From NCBI GenBank assembly GCA_963663895.2, contig CAXXRD010000002.1:32001-96000 (forward strand): a DNA stretch of 64,000 bases, read 5' to 3'. Position 1 is the first letter of the stretch, and each line of letters begins with the position of its first letter. This document shows positions 39,402 through 49,214 of this stretch, one piece after another. The DNA is from Dehalococcoidia bacterium. Lineage in GTDB: Bacteria; Chloroflexota; Dehalococcoidia; Bin125. The position numbers were made by a program, and so were the translations under genes. The notes under the pieces are model-generated. The model made no database searches. It saw nothing but the letters and a program-made list of their open reading frames with translations, and had not been told where the DNA came from.

Positions 39402-40991
39402 TTACTCCAACATCGCACGCTCGATAAGTCTTCGAAACTCTGGATCATCTTTGTAGTCCTCAAATACTGGGAACTCTACGAGTTGGTGTGAGCTTAAGCT
39501 CTTGCCCAAAGCCTGCTCAATCGCGATAAACATTTCCTCTTTGTTGCCCCGCAATGCTGCCACGCCTGCCCTTAAATCTATATCGGCCGTGCTCCCATCT
39601 TGATCCAAAGTCTCAAGGTCTCTCTCCATCTCCTCAATCCGATCTAGCCTCTTTAATGCAATAGCCCTATTGATCCTGATATAAGCTTTGTCAAGACTCG
39701 CGTCGGAATGACTCTTGGATGTCATATTCAAGACTTCGGACGCCAAGTCTACAACCAGTTCATTCTCTTCAGCTCGGAGAAGCAAATATATTTTCTGACC
39801 ATCTGATAAGGGCGAATCAGGCACAAACTGGGCCAGCTTTTCGTGCTTACCTGCTGCCAAAAGGGCTTCCGCGTAGCTGCCTGCTATCCCTATATCGTGA
39901 GGGTCTTCCTCGTAGGCCTGGTCCCATACAATAAGGGCTTTTTCGACTTCACCCTTTGCAGCCAACGTGGCAGCTTCAACTGAGAGAGGTAGAACTGGCC
40001 TGTGAGTGTTCAACCCCATTAGCAGCCGTCGAATATCTTTCCCGATAATCGAGTGCTCTTTGAGCTGTGGCCTCACATCGACAAAAAGTCTGGCTCGGTC
40101 TCTTGCCATATCGAACGGACGAGAAATAGGCCTTGGCAGGCTAAGATCGGCTTCCGCGTGGAGATCGGCGGCGAATTCGTCGAAGCCGTCGATCTCGACG
40201 AGATAAACGCGATCCTTGCGAAGTAAGGACTCTAGGCGTCCAGAAACTTCTGCGCCACGACGTTGACACCAATAGACCCCTTGCCTGTAGTTATCCTCAT
40301 CGCGGAGAAGAAGTTCAAGTGTGTCCATAACCGATCTGTCGCGCCCGCTATATCCAAGAACTATAAGTCCATATTCTTGAGCAAACTGACCGAGCTTCTT
40401 CTTGGTATTAGCTTCTAAAGTCTCTAATTCTGCTAGGGTGTTCTTAATGTTATCGTACAGAAAATCGCCGTGGAGTTTAATTAACTTGGGACGGCCAGAC
40501 GTTACGCGAATCCCTTGGATCGCAGAATCATGGGCAGCAACAATAGGACGAAGCCCATCAGAGTAGAGATAACAAGCCTCATTGAGAAGGTCGTCAAAAT
40601 TGGTTGTGAAGACAACGTCAAATATACGATTGGCCAAGAAGTTCGTTAGATAAACATATCCCCAGCTGGGATGGCCATCTTTGACTACCTCCTCGATATA
40701 CGCCCGACGTTGAGGAGGTTGGTCATAGATCTCTTCGAAGAGTAGAGAATATTCGTCGTCGCTGTGTGACCAAGATTGAGCGGTGAGCCAGGTATCGTAG
40801 GGTATCGTGCTGGAGGACCGCTTGAAGAGGAGCCGACGCCACTCCTCGATCATGTCTTCTGCAGTGCGAACGCCGGATGTGACGGAAGCGCCAGACCCAA
40901 GAAAGAGAGCGAAGTTCGGCACGTTCGCATTGCGGGTGACGATGAGGTGCATCAAGTGCTGTGCGGTCTTGGCGTTCGAAGAGAGCGGCAT
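39402..40991 (-). CDS. SIR2-family (NADase-like) protein with C-terminal TPR-like helices
   Basis: FLGSGAS..SG, TTNFD, KLHGD, LGYSGRD; markedly lower GC. Confidence 0.88.
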   Translation of the reverse strand: MPLSSNAKTAQHLMHLIVTRNANVPNFALFLGSGASVTSGVRTAEDMIEEWRRLLFKRSSSTIPYDTWLTAQSWSHSDDEYSLLFEEIYDQPPQRRAYIEEVVKDGHPSWGYVYLTNFLANRIFDVVFTTNFDDLLNEACYLYSDGLRPIVAAHDSAIQGIRVTSGRPKLIKLHGDFLYDNIKNTLAELETLEANTKKKLGQFAQEYGLIVLGYSGRDRSVMDTLELLLRDEDNYRQGVYWCQRRGAEVSGRLESLLRKDRVYLVEIDGFDEFAADLHAEADLSLPRPISRPFDMARDRARLFVDVRPQLKEHSIIGKDIRRLLMGLNTHRPVLPLSVEAATLAAKGEVEKALIVWDQAYEEDPHDIGIAGSYAEALLAAGKHEKLAQFVPDSPLSDGQKIYLLLRAEENELVVDLASEVLNMTSKSHSDASLDKAYIRINRAIALKRLDRIEEMERDLETLDQDGSTADIDLRAGVAALRGNKEEMFIAIEQALGKSLSSHQLVEFPVFEDYKDDPEFRRLIERAMLE

Positions 40992-41424
40992 GAGAACTCC
41001 GGCGCAGTGCGGCGTCTAGGAATCTGAGTGGAGGGAGTGAGCAAGGTAGGACTGGAAGCCAGAAGAGGCAATACCGAACAATACCCGTAAGAAGACGTTC
41101 TGGGTGGAGGGTACCAACGTCGAAAGGGGGAAATCGGAAATGCGAATGGTTTTCCCTGGTGGTTGGTCAGGAAATCGAGGTCTCGGCTTCGTCGACGGAA
41201 GCGAACTGCGGGGACCGTCTGAGCGGGTCACTCGCGACTGTCGGATAACCCCGGCAACATGCGGCCGAGCCTCAGCACAGGTCCTCCTATCCGAGAAGGC
41301 CGTCGAGCCACTATCACTAGCCCTCGCCTTCTTCAGAGTCGACATCCCCACAGAAAGAGAAACGTAGATTGAGGGCGCCTCGGTGTCGTTCTACAACGGC
41401 ACGCCGGCTTCCGAGCTGATCGCC

Positions 41425-41760
41425 GGTCAAATGGTTATCCGCCTCGTACAACGTTTTCAGGTTGGTGAAGTTGCCCGTTCCCCCCCCCCCCGGGGGGGGG
41501 GTCCTTGGTAAGTTCATTGCCATTGAAAAAGAAGGTAGCCGCCGAGTGCAGTTGCGCCAGTTCGCGCGGGATCTCCCCTTCCAGGGGATTTGCACTCACA
41601 CCCAGAAGTCTCAACTTGGAGAGTTGAACGACTTCGGCTGATTCAGCCCCGCCAATTCAGAGGAGTTCAGGAATAGCGACTGTCACCCTAACAGGTTGTC
41701 CAGGTAGCGATGTCGGCCTAGTCCGTCCATTGGTAGCACTGTAGAACGCAACTTGCTCGC
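41425..41760 (-). pseudogene. Decayed plant-type LRR protein remnant
   Basis: Minus-strand fragments VAFYSATNG, LSKLRLLGVSANPLEGEIPRELAQL, NGNELT, GNFTNLKTLYEADNHLTG in shifting frames. Confidence 0.7.
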
Positions 41761-41859
41761 CCCTACCCGGTGAGACTGGCGGCTGCGGAGTGGTCACGGT
41801 CAGGAGCGATGCCTGTAGCGGACGCGCCCGCTGGCGCAAGTAATCGCGCTCACGCGACC

Positions 41860-41954
41860 CCTACCATGCGGATCCACTCGATCAACCCCTGCATCCCGAG
41901 CACCTGCACGGAGGTGACGGAGCACGAGGTACGGGGGGTTTCTGACGGCTTGAA
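41860..41954. repeat. Diverged 95-bp direct repeat, copy B
   Basis: Matches 38949-39043. Confidence 0.7.
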
Positions 41955-42016
41955 GCGGTGCTTGTCGAGAGCGCCGCATCCCCGGCGCAGCCTGCATCTC
42001 CGGCGGCGATCCGCCG

Positions 42017-42270
42017 TCAGGAGCCGATCAGACGGTCATACTCATCGTGGCTGCCGACCCAACCCCGATGAACTCGGAGCCGTCCTCGACAGCGAGCGCC
42101 CGGTAGTCGCGCCCGACCCGCGCCGACCAGAACGCACCCACCTTCTTGAAACGAAGCGAGGGATGCCCCGGATTCTCCGCGAGCAGCCGGAAGTTCCGTC
42201 TGGCAACCCGCTGCACCGGCTCTGGAAGCCGCCCGAACGCCCTCCAAAAGGGGGGCGTCGTCCGGTGCAC
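42017..42270 (-). pseudogene. RelE/ParE-like toxin with 1-nt frameshift near 42060
   Basis: HRTT..FW..F..LP, NP.HPSL.FKKV..WSARVG..YRALA; the expected tail WVGSHDEYDRLI is in another frame. Confidence 0.8.
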
Positions 42271-42471
42271 CTACAGCTCTTCGAGCGCGCCGCGCTCCCC
42301 GTCCTCGCGCGCTTCCGCGATCAGGAGGTCTAGTCGGCCCGCGGCCGCGTCGGCTTCGATCTGGCCGTCCCAGCGTTCCCAATCCAACTCGCTGATCCAC
42401 TTGCGCAGATGGACATACTCGGTCTCGGAAAGGATGCGGATCGCCTGCTGGATTTCCGTGATGCTCACCAT
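42271..42471 (-). CDS. Cognate antitoxin (66 aa)
   Basis: EIQQAI..L...WD.QIEADAAAGRLD.L pattern; abuts the toxin start; GAGG RBS. Confidence 0.75.
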   Translation of the reverse strand: MVSITEIQQAIRILSETEYVHLRKWISELDWERWDGQIEADAAAGRLDLLIAEAREDGERGALEEL

Positions 42472-42832
42472 CGCCTCTTCCCTGCCTGCATTGCAGCCGA
42501 CGCCACCGTCTGCCTGCGATGCTCGCCGCGTATACCAGCCCGTCGATCCGTACGCGGCGATCGGTGCCGCTCTCCCGGTCGTGTACCTGATCCTACCGCG
42601 CCCCGCGGTCCAAGCGGACGACCGTCGCACATACGCGCGCGGCAAGCCTACGCTGCCGCATGGCACCCCACCGGCAGACGGCCCACGATTTCCTCGTCCT
42701 CCTGGGCCGCGACCCTGCCATCCTTAGACTAAATCACACTGCCAGGCGATCCCTAGCAGCGAGCACACGGCACCCAGACTCCTCAGCTAGGAAGCGTGAT
42801 CTCTATCCGGAAGGGGAACCCGCCTTTACTCA

Positions 42833-42924
42833 CCACTGGACGAACATGGGCATCAATGTTCCAAAACGACCAATCCCACCGGGTGCCGTTCTCCTTGACT
42901 GTTCGTCTCTCGGGATGAATTGCG
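42833..42924. repeat. 92-bp direct repeat left of the iron-uptake module
   Basis: 79/92 identical, ungapped, to 51176-51267. Confidence 0.9.
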
Positions 42925-43280
42925 GCTTCCATTGAGGAAGCAAGTCGCAGTCCAATCCGTACCTGTGTGCTTTGCGCCTACTCGTCTAGCGACCCTCTCC
43001 GCTTCTCTAAGCATTCACGATATGTGTTCTGGCGATACTCATCCTGGGCCTGTCTACACTCAGCACGAGAACGTTCCATTGACAGCGCCAAGTACGCGAT
43101 AGCACGTTCGCTGTCATCACCGGCCTTTTTGCGTGTCACCTACTGTAGGAGTGAGGAGTGGCAGCGGCTCTGCGGACGAATGCAAAGTCGCTTGCCCGGA
43201 AAGCGTGAGATCCCGGTTCGAATCCGGACAGAGCCTCGCGGCTGTAGTGCCCTGACGCAGGTCGCGTCGGGGGGAAGTGC

Positions 43281-45092
43281 CTACCCGGTGGAGACACGGT
43301 GGGCTGCCTCGGTCTGTGCGGCGATCAGCGAGCGGTAGACGCGGCCGTGAGCAAGGAGGTCGTCATGGGTGCCCTGTTCCACGACTCGCCCTTCCTCGAG
43401 GACGACGATCCGGTCGGCGCTGCGAATCGTCGATAGCCGGTGAGCGATGACGAGTGTCGCCCGCCCCTGACGGACAGCCTGGAGCGCCAGGTTGAGTTCT
43501 TGCTCGTTGCGAGTGTCGAGACTCGACACCGCTTCGTCGAGGACGAGTACCGGTGAGTCCTTCAGCAGGGCGCGGGCGATCGCGATGCGCTGGCGCTGGC
43601 CACCGGACATCTGGACGCCGCGCTCACCCGCAACCGTGTCGTAGCCGCGGGGCATTTTGGTGATGAACTCGTGCGCCAGGGCCGTCCGTGCCGCGTTCTC
43701 GACCTCGGCGTCGGTGGCGCCGGGGCGCGCCATGCGAATGTTCTCCCGCAGGCTCGTATTGAAGAGGTAGATGTCCTGGGGCACCCAGGCAATGAGCTCC
43801 CGGAGGGAGTGCTGCGGCAGCTGGCGCACGTCGTGTCCCCCGATGGCGATGGTCCCGGCGTCGGCGTCCCAGAAGCGCATGAGCAGGCTCGCGCACGTGG
43901 TCTTCCCCGCGCCGGAGTGGCCCACGAGCGCCACGGTCTCCCCGGGCGCAATCTCGAGTGAGACATCCTGGAGCGCGGGAGCCCCGCCGCCGGGGTAGCC
44001 GAATGTCACTCCCGCGAAAGTGACTCGGGGCTCCACGTCGGCATCTGGCGGAGTGGCCCCCGGCGCGTCCGTAACGGGCGCCGGTTCGCGCAACAGATGG
44101 AAGACGCGTTCGGCTGAGGCGAAGACGATCCCGAGATTCTGGGCCACCGAGGCGATGGCGAGAATCGGGACAAAGACAAAGATCGCGAGCGTAATCGCCA
44201 CGGGGTAGTAGGCAGGATCGAGGTCTCCACGGGAAACGTGGATTGCCGCAACCGCAACGACGCTCAGCATGCCGCAGCTCATGAACGCCACGACGGCGCC
44301 CTGCTCGATCCCTGCGCGCATTCCATAGACCAGCTGCGAGCGGACGAGCCGCTGGCTATGGGACTCGAGGTTGGCGAGGAACCTCCGCTGGAAGCCGAAG
44401 GCCACCAGCTCGCGCAGGCCCTGTACGCCGTCCACAACCTCCGCGTTCAGATTGCCGAGGTCGGCCCTCAGTGCGCCGCCCTGCCTGGCGGCGCGACGCC
44501 GCAGCACGAGTGGCGCACTCGCGACCAGAAGAGCGAACGGCAGAAGCGTGAGCGGCAGGGTCCAGTGCATCACTCCGAGGGTCGCGAACGCCAAGAGCGG
44601 CACCACGACGGCCACGACGAACGTTCCGACGGTGTGGGCATAGAACCATTCGACGGTCTCGATGTCGGCCATGGCCGCCGACGCCACGTCGCCGGACCGC
44701 CGCTGGATCAGGTACCCGGGGGCGAGTCGTTCGAGAGCGGCGTAGAGGTGACCGCGAAGCTCGGCGAGGATGCGGTAGGCCAGATCATGCGCTACCCACA
44801 TCTCGACCCAGGCCATCACGGCCCGCAGGACGACGGCGCCCCCCAGCGCAACCGCAGGCGTGCGAAGGTCGGCGGCGGTCGCGCCGCCGGCGACTTGGCC
44901 GACCATGTAGGCGCCGAGCGCCGCGGCGGCAATCGTGGCGCCCTGGTTCAACACGCCCGTCACGATCGCGAGAACCATCAGGCCGAAGTATCCCCGGATC
45001 ATCCAGAGGAGTTGCCAGAATCCGGACGAGAATCGGGTCGCCTTTTGTCCGCTCTGCGCCGGCGCTGTCATCGGGTTGGCCATCGTCGTCAT
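43281..45092 (-). CDS. ABC transporter TMD-NBD half (YbtQ/IrtB/CydC-like)
   Basis: 6-TM N-half, GHSGAGKT, MSGGQRQR, LVLDEA. Confidence 0.9.
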   Translation of the reverse strand: MTTMANPMTAPAQSGQKATRFSSGFWQLLWMIRGYFGLMVLAIVTGVLNQGATIAAAALGAYMVGQVAGGATAADLRTPAVALGGAVVLRAVMAWVEMWVAHDLAYRILAELRGHLYAALERLAPGYLIQRRSGDVASAAMADIETVEWFYAHTVGTFVVAVVVPLLAFATLGVMHWTLPLTLLPFALLVASAPLVLRRRAARQGGALRADLGNLNAEVVDGVQGLRELVAFGFQRRFLANLESHSQRLVRSQLVYGMRAGIEQGAVVAFMSCGMLSVVAVAAIHVSRGDLDPAYYPVAITLAIFVFVPILAIASVAQNLGIVFASAERVFHLLREPAPVTDAPGATPPDADVEPRVTFAGVTFGYPGGGAPALQDVSLEIAPGETVALVGHSGAGKTTCASLLMRFWDADAGTIAIGGHDVRQLPQHSLRELIAWVPQDIYLFNTSLRENIRMARPGATDAEVENAARTALAHEFITKMPRGYDTVAGERGVQMSGGQRQRIAIARALLKDSPVLVLDEAVSSLDTRNEQELNLALQAVRQGRATLVIAHRLSTIRSADRIVVLEEGRVVEQGTHDDLLAHGRVYRSLIAAQTEAAHRVSTG

Positions 45093-46825
45093 GAGGCGCC
45101 TTCCCGCTGTGCGCGAACCAGCTGTGCGTAGTGGCCATCGCGCGACACGAGATCCCCATGCCGGCCCGACTCCGCGACGCGGCCGTTATCGAGCACCACG
45201 ATGCGGTCCGCGTGGACGACCGACGAGAGGCGATGGGCGATGACGATGGTCGTCCGCCCTCGGGTGAGGAGGCTGAGCGCCTGCCGGATCGCCGCCTCGT
45301 TGGCGCCGTCGAGGCTCGAGGTGGCCTCATCGAGGATGAGCACGGGCGCGTCCTTCAGGAGCGCGCGGGCGATGGCGATGCGCTGGCGTTCGCCGCCCGA
45401 GAGCTTCGCGCCGCGCTCGCCGACGATGGTGTCGTAGCCATTCGGAAGCGACTGGATGAAGGCGTGGATGTTCGCCTTCGCGGCAGCATCCAGGATCGCC
45501 TCCCGTGTGGCGTCGGGCCGGCCGATTCGGAGGTTGTCCTCGATGGTCCCGTGGAAGAGGTACGCGTCCTGGGAGACGTAGCCGATGGACCGCCGCAGGT
45601 CGTCCAGAGGGATGTCGCGGAAGTCCGTCTCGCCGAACGTCAGCCGGCCCTCCTCCGGATCAAAGAACCGGAGCAGGAGCGATGCAACCGTCGTCTTGCC
45701 GGCGCCGGAGCCGCCGACGATCGCGACAGTCTCGCCCTCGCGAATTTCCAGGGATACATCCTTGAGGGCCGGGCGGGCGTCAGGTGAGTAGCGAAACGTA
45801 ACGTCGTGGAGGGCGATCGCTCCGCCGGGCAACGTGGCGATGCCGGTCCGCCCGGCGGCCGCGTCACGAATCTCCGGTTCGGTATCGAGCAGCTCGAAGA
45901 TGCCCGTCGAAGCCGAAATGCCCATGTAGCCGGCATGCCAGTAGGCATCCAGTTCGACGAGGGGCCGAAAGCACTCGGCCGAAAGGAAGAGGATGATCAG
46001 CAGCGCGGCGATGCCCAGCTCGCCGGCGACCACCTGGAAGCTTCCAATACCGACGGCGAGCGCCACACCGGCGCTCATCGCGAACCCGACCAGTCCGTTG
46101 CGGATCATCGAGATCGAAAGCTGTGACATGGTGGCTCGGTAGAGCGCCTGGCTCGCGCTGCGGAGCTCTTTCCCTCGCCGTTCGCTCGCGTTGAGCGCTT
46201 TCAGCGTGACCATGCCCTGCATGGAGTCGACAAACTGGGCATCCAGCGACGAATACGCGGCCCAGTGCCGCTGGCCGTACTCGCCCAGGACGCGGTCCCA
46301 GATTCGGGGGACAAGCGGCACGGCCAGCGCGAAGGCCAGGACGACACCGCCGATAAGCGGATCGAGAAACACGATGACGCCGACGATGCAGATCGGAACA
46401 ACGACCGACACCATGGCCTGGGGCAGGTAGTAGCCAACATACGACTCGAGCGCTTCGACACCATCGACCAGGGTCGCCTGCACTTTGCCCGTTTCCGTGT
46501 GCTCCAGGTAACCGGGTCCAAGCAGGAGCATCTGAGCGAACAGCCGGCGGCGTAGCTTGGTCTTGACGACGGCTGTGACCTGCTTCGCCAAGACCTCGCG
46601 GATAAAGATCAGTGCCGCGCGAAGCAAAGTCAGGCCGGCGACGGCGGCGACGAGGCCGGCGATCGCCGTCCAGCCATCGCCATCAAGGATTCGCCGCACG
46701 ATGAGCGCGATGAGCACCCCCTGGGCGACCCAGGTCGCGGAGATGGCAAGGCCAAGCGCAATGGAGAGGGCCAGGAGCCGGCGCACGCCAACAGTCAGCA
46801 CCACGATTCGCCGGTGGATCAGCAT
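45089..46825 (-). CDS. ABC transporter TMD-NBD half (YbtP/IrtA/CydD-like)
   Basis: GVEALESY..YYLPQ, GGSGAGKT, LSGGERQR, ILDEATS; ATGA overlap with partner. Confidence 0.9.
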   Translation of the reverse strand: MLIHRRIVVLTVGVRRLLALSIALGLAISATWVAQGVLIALIVRRILDGDGWTAIAGLVAAVAGLTLLRAALIFIREVLAKQVTAVVKTKLRRRLFAQMLLLGPGYLEHTETGKVQATLVDGVEALESYVGYYLPQAMVSVVVPICIVGVIVFLDPLIGGVVLAFALAVPLVPRIWDRVLGEYGQRHWAAYSSLDAQFVDSMQGMVTLKALNASERRGKELRSASQALYRATMSQLSISMIRNGLVGFAMSAGVALAVGIGSFQVVAGELGIAALLIILFLSAECFRPLVELDAYWHAGYMGISASTGIFELLDTEPEIRDAAAGRTGIATLPGGAIALHDVTFRYSPDARPALKDVSLEIREGETVAIVGGSGAGKTTVASLLLRFFDPEEGRLTFGETDFRDIPLDDLRRSIGYVSQDAYLFHGTIEDNLRIGRPDATREAILDAAAKANIHAFIQSLPNGYDTIVGERGAKLSGGERQRIAIARALLKDAPVLILDEATSSLDGANEAAIRQALSLLTRGRTTIVIAHRLSSVVHADRIVVLDNGRVAESGRHGDLVSRDGHYAQLVRAQREGAS

Positions 46826-47026
46826 ATGTAGTGTATGCGGCTTCCGCGCCTCCGCTGCCCCCTACCGGAACAAGCCCGGGCCCGTGTTACGAGAGGCGAA
46901 GTGCGAAATCGCACCGTCTCCTCATGCCATTTCCTTCCGTTGGCCCTCGTTGCGTGCAGCCCCAAGTTGCCGGCCTCCTTCTGGTGGCTCGCCGGAAGCT
47001 CGGCATAGTCCATATGATACCGTTAG

Positions 47027-47068
47027 AATAGGAATAGTTCTCATTACTGTCATTGAGACTTAGGTCTC
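47027..47068. promoter_or_regulatory. Fur-box-like operator(s) in the divergent promoter
   Basis: AATAGGAATAGTTCTCATT imperfect palindrome plus GAGAC-TTAG-GTCTC in an AT-rich patch between divergent iron-uptake genes. Confidence 0.6.
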
Positions 47069-47084
47069 GCATGGAGAGAAAAAG

Positions 47085-48191
47085 ATGCTTCGACGAATGG
47101 TACTTACGCTCGTGGTGGCCTTGGCATTGCCAATGGCCGTGGCTTGCGGCGGGGATAGCGACGACAGCACCACACCGGCTGCAACACCTGCGCCCGCGAC
47201 TTCGGAGGCCCCGTCGCCGACAGAGGCTGCAGCGGCAGCGGACCAGTCCCCTGCCGTCGAGGACGCTACATCTGCGCCCGCGACTTCGGAGGCCCCGTCG
47301 CCGACAGAGGCTGCGGCGACACCGGACCAGTCCCTTGCCATTGAAGACGCTACAGGTCAGACGGTCACTCTGGACGCACCGGCGGCCCGTGTTGTCTGCC
47401 TCACGGGGCTCTGCGTCGATACGATGTTCGTGCTCGGGATCAAGCCGGTGGCTGCGAACGACTTGCTCCACCAGAACGACGCTTACTGGGGACCGGATGA
47501 GAACGAAATCGGAGCCATAAGCGGCTCGTTCTTTGAGCCAAGTCTGGAGGACATCGCGCAGGCGAACCCCGACATCGTCATCGGGCTCTACGCCGTTCAT
47601 GAAGGCCTGCGCCCGGGCCTCGCTAGCATCGCACCGCTGTTCATCGTCAACCCGATCGGCGTCGACGGGATGCTCGCGCATGTCGCGGAGATCGGAACCC
47701 TTCTCGGCATGGAAGAGGAGGCCGAGGCCGCAGCGGCAGCATTCGAATCCCGGCTTGAGGAATACGTGGCGGGAGTCACCGCCAAGCGGTCCGTCATGGT
47801 CGTGTTCGGGTCCGATGTCAACATTGGGGCCGATACGCTGTGCACGCCGCCCGTGGATGCGCTGGGTCGCGCGGTGACCTACGGCCTGGATTTCCCCGGC
47901 TGCATCCACGGGGAGTTCCCGAGCTTCTCCGTGGAGCAGCTGCTGAGCGTCGATCCCGACGTGATCTTCGTCCAGACGTTCGGATTTGGGCCTACGCCCC
48001 CGCAGCCAGTGTCCGAGCAGCTGGCTGACAATGCGATCTGGAGGGAGCTGAGGGCGGTCCAGAACGGCGAGGTACACGAGGTGGACTTCTTTGTCTGGGG
48101 CACATCCCGAGGCATTCGCGGCACGACCGTTGTGCTTGACGAGGCGATGCCGAAGATCTATCCGGAGGCGTTCCCGGCCCCTCTGCCTTGA
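47085..48191 (+). CDS. Iron-siderophore ABC substrate-binding lipoprotein
   Basis: Lipobox AVAC, RVVCL, LGIKPV, EPSLEDIA..NPD, APLF, W..L.AVQNG.V. Confidence 0.92.
   Translation: MLRRMVLTLVVALALPMAVACGGDSDDSTTPAATPAPATSEAPSPTEAAAAADQSPAVEDATSAPATSEAPSPTEAAATPDQSLAIEDATGQTVTLDAPAARVVCLTGLCVDTMFVLGIKPVAANDLLHQNDAYWGPDENEIGAISGSFFEPSLEDIAQANPDIVIGLYAVHEGLRPGLASIAPLFIVNPIGVDGMLAHVAEIGTLLGMEEEAEAAAAAFESRLEEYVAGVTAKRSVMVVFGSDVNIGADTLCTPPVDALGRAVTYGLDFPGCIHGEFPSFSVEQLLSVDPDVIFVQTFGFGPTPPQPVSEQLADNAIWRELRAVQNGEVHEVDFFVWGTSRGIRGTTVVLDEAMPKIYPEAFPAPLP
47188..47355 (+). repeat. 84-bp tandem duplication in the lipoprotein linker
   Basis: CTGCGCCCGCGACTTCGGAGGCCCCGTCGCCGACAGAGGCTGC at 47188 and 47272. 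Confidence 0.9.
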
Positions 48192-49213
48192 GCGCAGCCC
48201 CGGGCGCGGCTCCCGGCTGGTCCCGGGTGATCGCGGCTGGAGCGATCGTCGTGACACTCGCTGGCCTCGCCGTCGTCCACCTGAGCGTGGGTGAGCCGAT
48301 AGTGGCGCCCGCGCAACTTCCCGGCATCCTGATGGGCGAATCCGGCGACCGGATCGAACAGCTGGTGGTCCGTGAGCTACGGGTACCGCGGCTGATTCTG
48401 GCGCTGCTTGCGGGCGCGGGGTTCGGGCTCTCCGGGGCCATCCTTCAGATCGTTCTGCGGAATCCGCTGGCCTCGCCCGAGCTGCTTGGCGTGTCGGCGG
48501 GGGCATCGCTGGCGATGGCCGCCATCCTGCTGCTGAACGCGCCGGTCCTGTTCGCGCTTCATCCGGTCGTGGCGCTTGCCGGGGGCCTCGGCGGCGGCAT
48601 GATCGTCCTCGCGACATCGCGGGGAGCGCGAACACCGCTGGAAGCCGCGCTGATCGGCGTCGCGGTGGCGGCGCTCCTCAACGGCGCCATCCTCGCCATT
48701 ATCAGCCTCGCGGCCTCCTCTGGCGCCGTGCAGGTCTTCTTCCTCTTCACGGTCGGCAACCTCGCGAACAGGACCTGGGATCACGTCCAGCTCGTGTGGC
48801 CGTGGGTGATTGTGGGGATTCCCGCGGCCTTCCTCCTTGCCCGAGGCGCCAATGTGCTCCAGCTGCACGAGGATGTCGCCTCGTCGCTGGGGATGCCGGC
48901 AAGGCGCATGCGCCTCGTCTTCGTCGCACTGGCCGCGCTGCTCGTCGGGAGCCTTGTGGCCGTGGCAGGCCCCATCGCCTGGGTTGGGCTGCTGACGCCC
49001 CACATCGCTCGCCTGATCGTCCCGAGGCCGGATGCGAGGCTTCTCTTTCCGGCGGCCACGGTGATCGGAGCGTTCCTGGTACTGGCGTCCGACGTGCTCT
49101 CCAAGGTCCTTCTCTATCCGCGCGAGATTCCCGTGGGGCTGTGCGCGACCCTCCTGGCCGCCCCGATGATCCTCCTGCTCCTCCGCCGCACAAACCTGGG
49201 ACTGAACCGCTAA
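48188..49213 (+). CDS. FecCD-family permease
   Basis: ELRVPR, LRNPLASP..LGVSAGA, GPIAWVGL..PH, EIPVG. Confidence 0.93.
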   Translation: MSAAPGAAPGWSRVIAAGAIVVTLAGLAVVHLSVGEPIVAPAQLPGILMGESGDRIEQLVVRELRVPRLILALLAGAGFGLSGAILQIVLRNPLASPELLGVSAGASLAMAAILLLNAPVLFALHPVVALAGGLGGGMIVLATSRGARTPLEAALIGVAVAALLNGAILAIISLAASSGAVQVFFLFTVGNLANRTWDHVQLVWPWVIVGIPAAFLLARGANVLQLHEDVASSLGMPARRMRLVFVALAALLVGSLVAVAGPIAWVGLLTPHIARLIVPRPDARLLFPAATVIGAFLVLASDVLSKVLLYPREIPVGLCATLLAAPMILLLLRRTNLGLNR

Positions 49214-49214
49214 C

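Noticed and set aside
42841-42862. LexA box reading of CGAACAT...ATGTTCC
   Set aside because: Half-site spacing is much longer than the GAAC-N4-GTTC consensus
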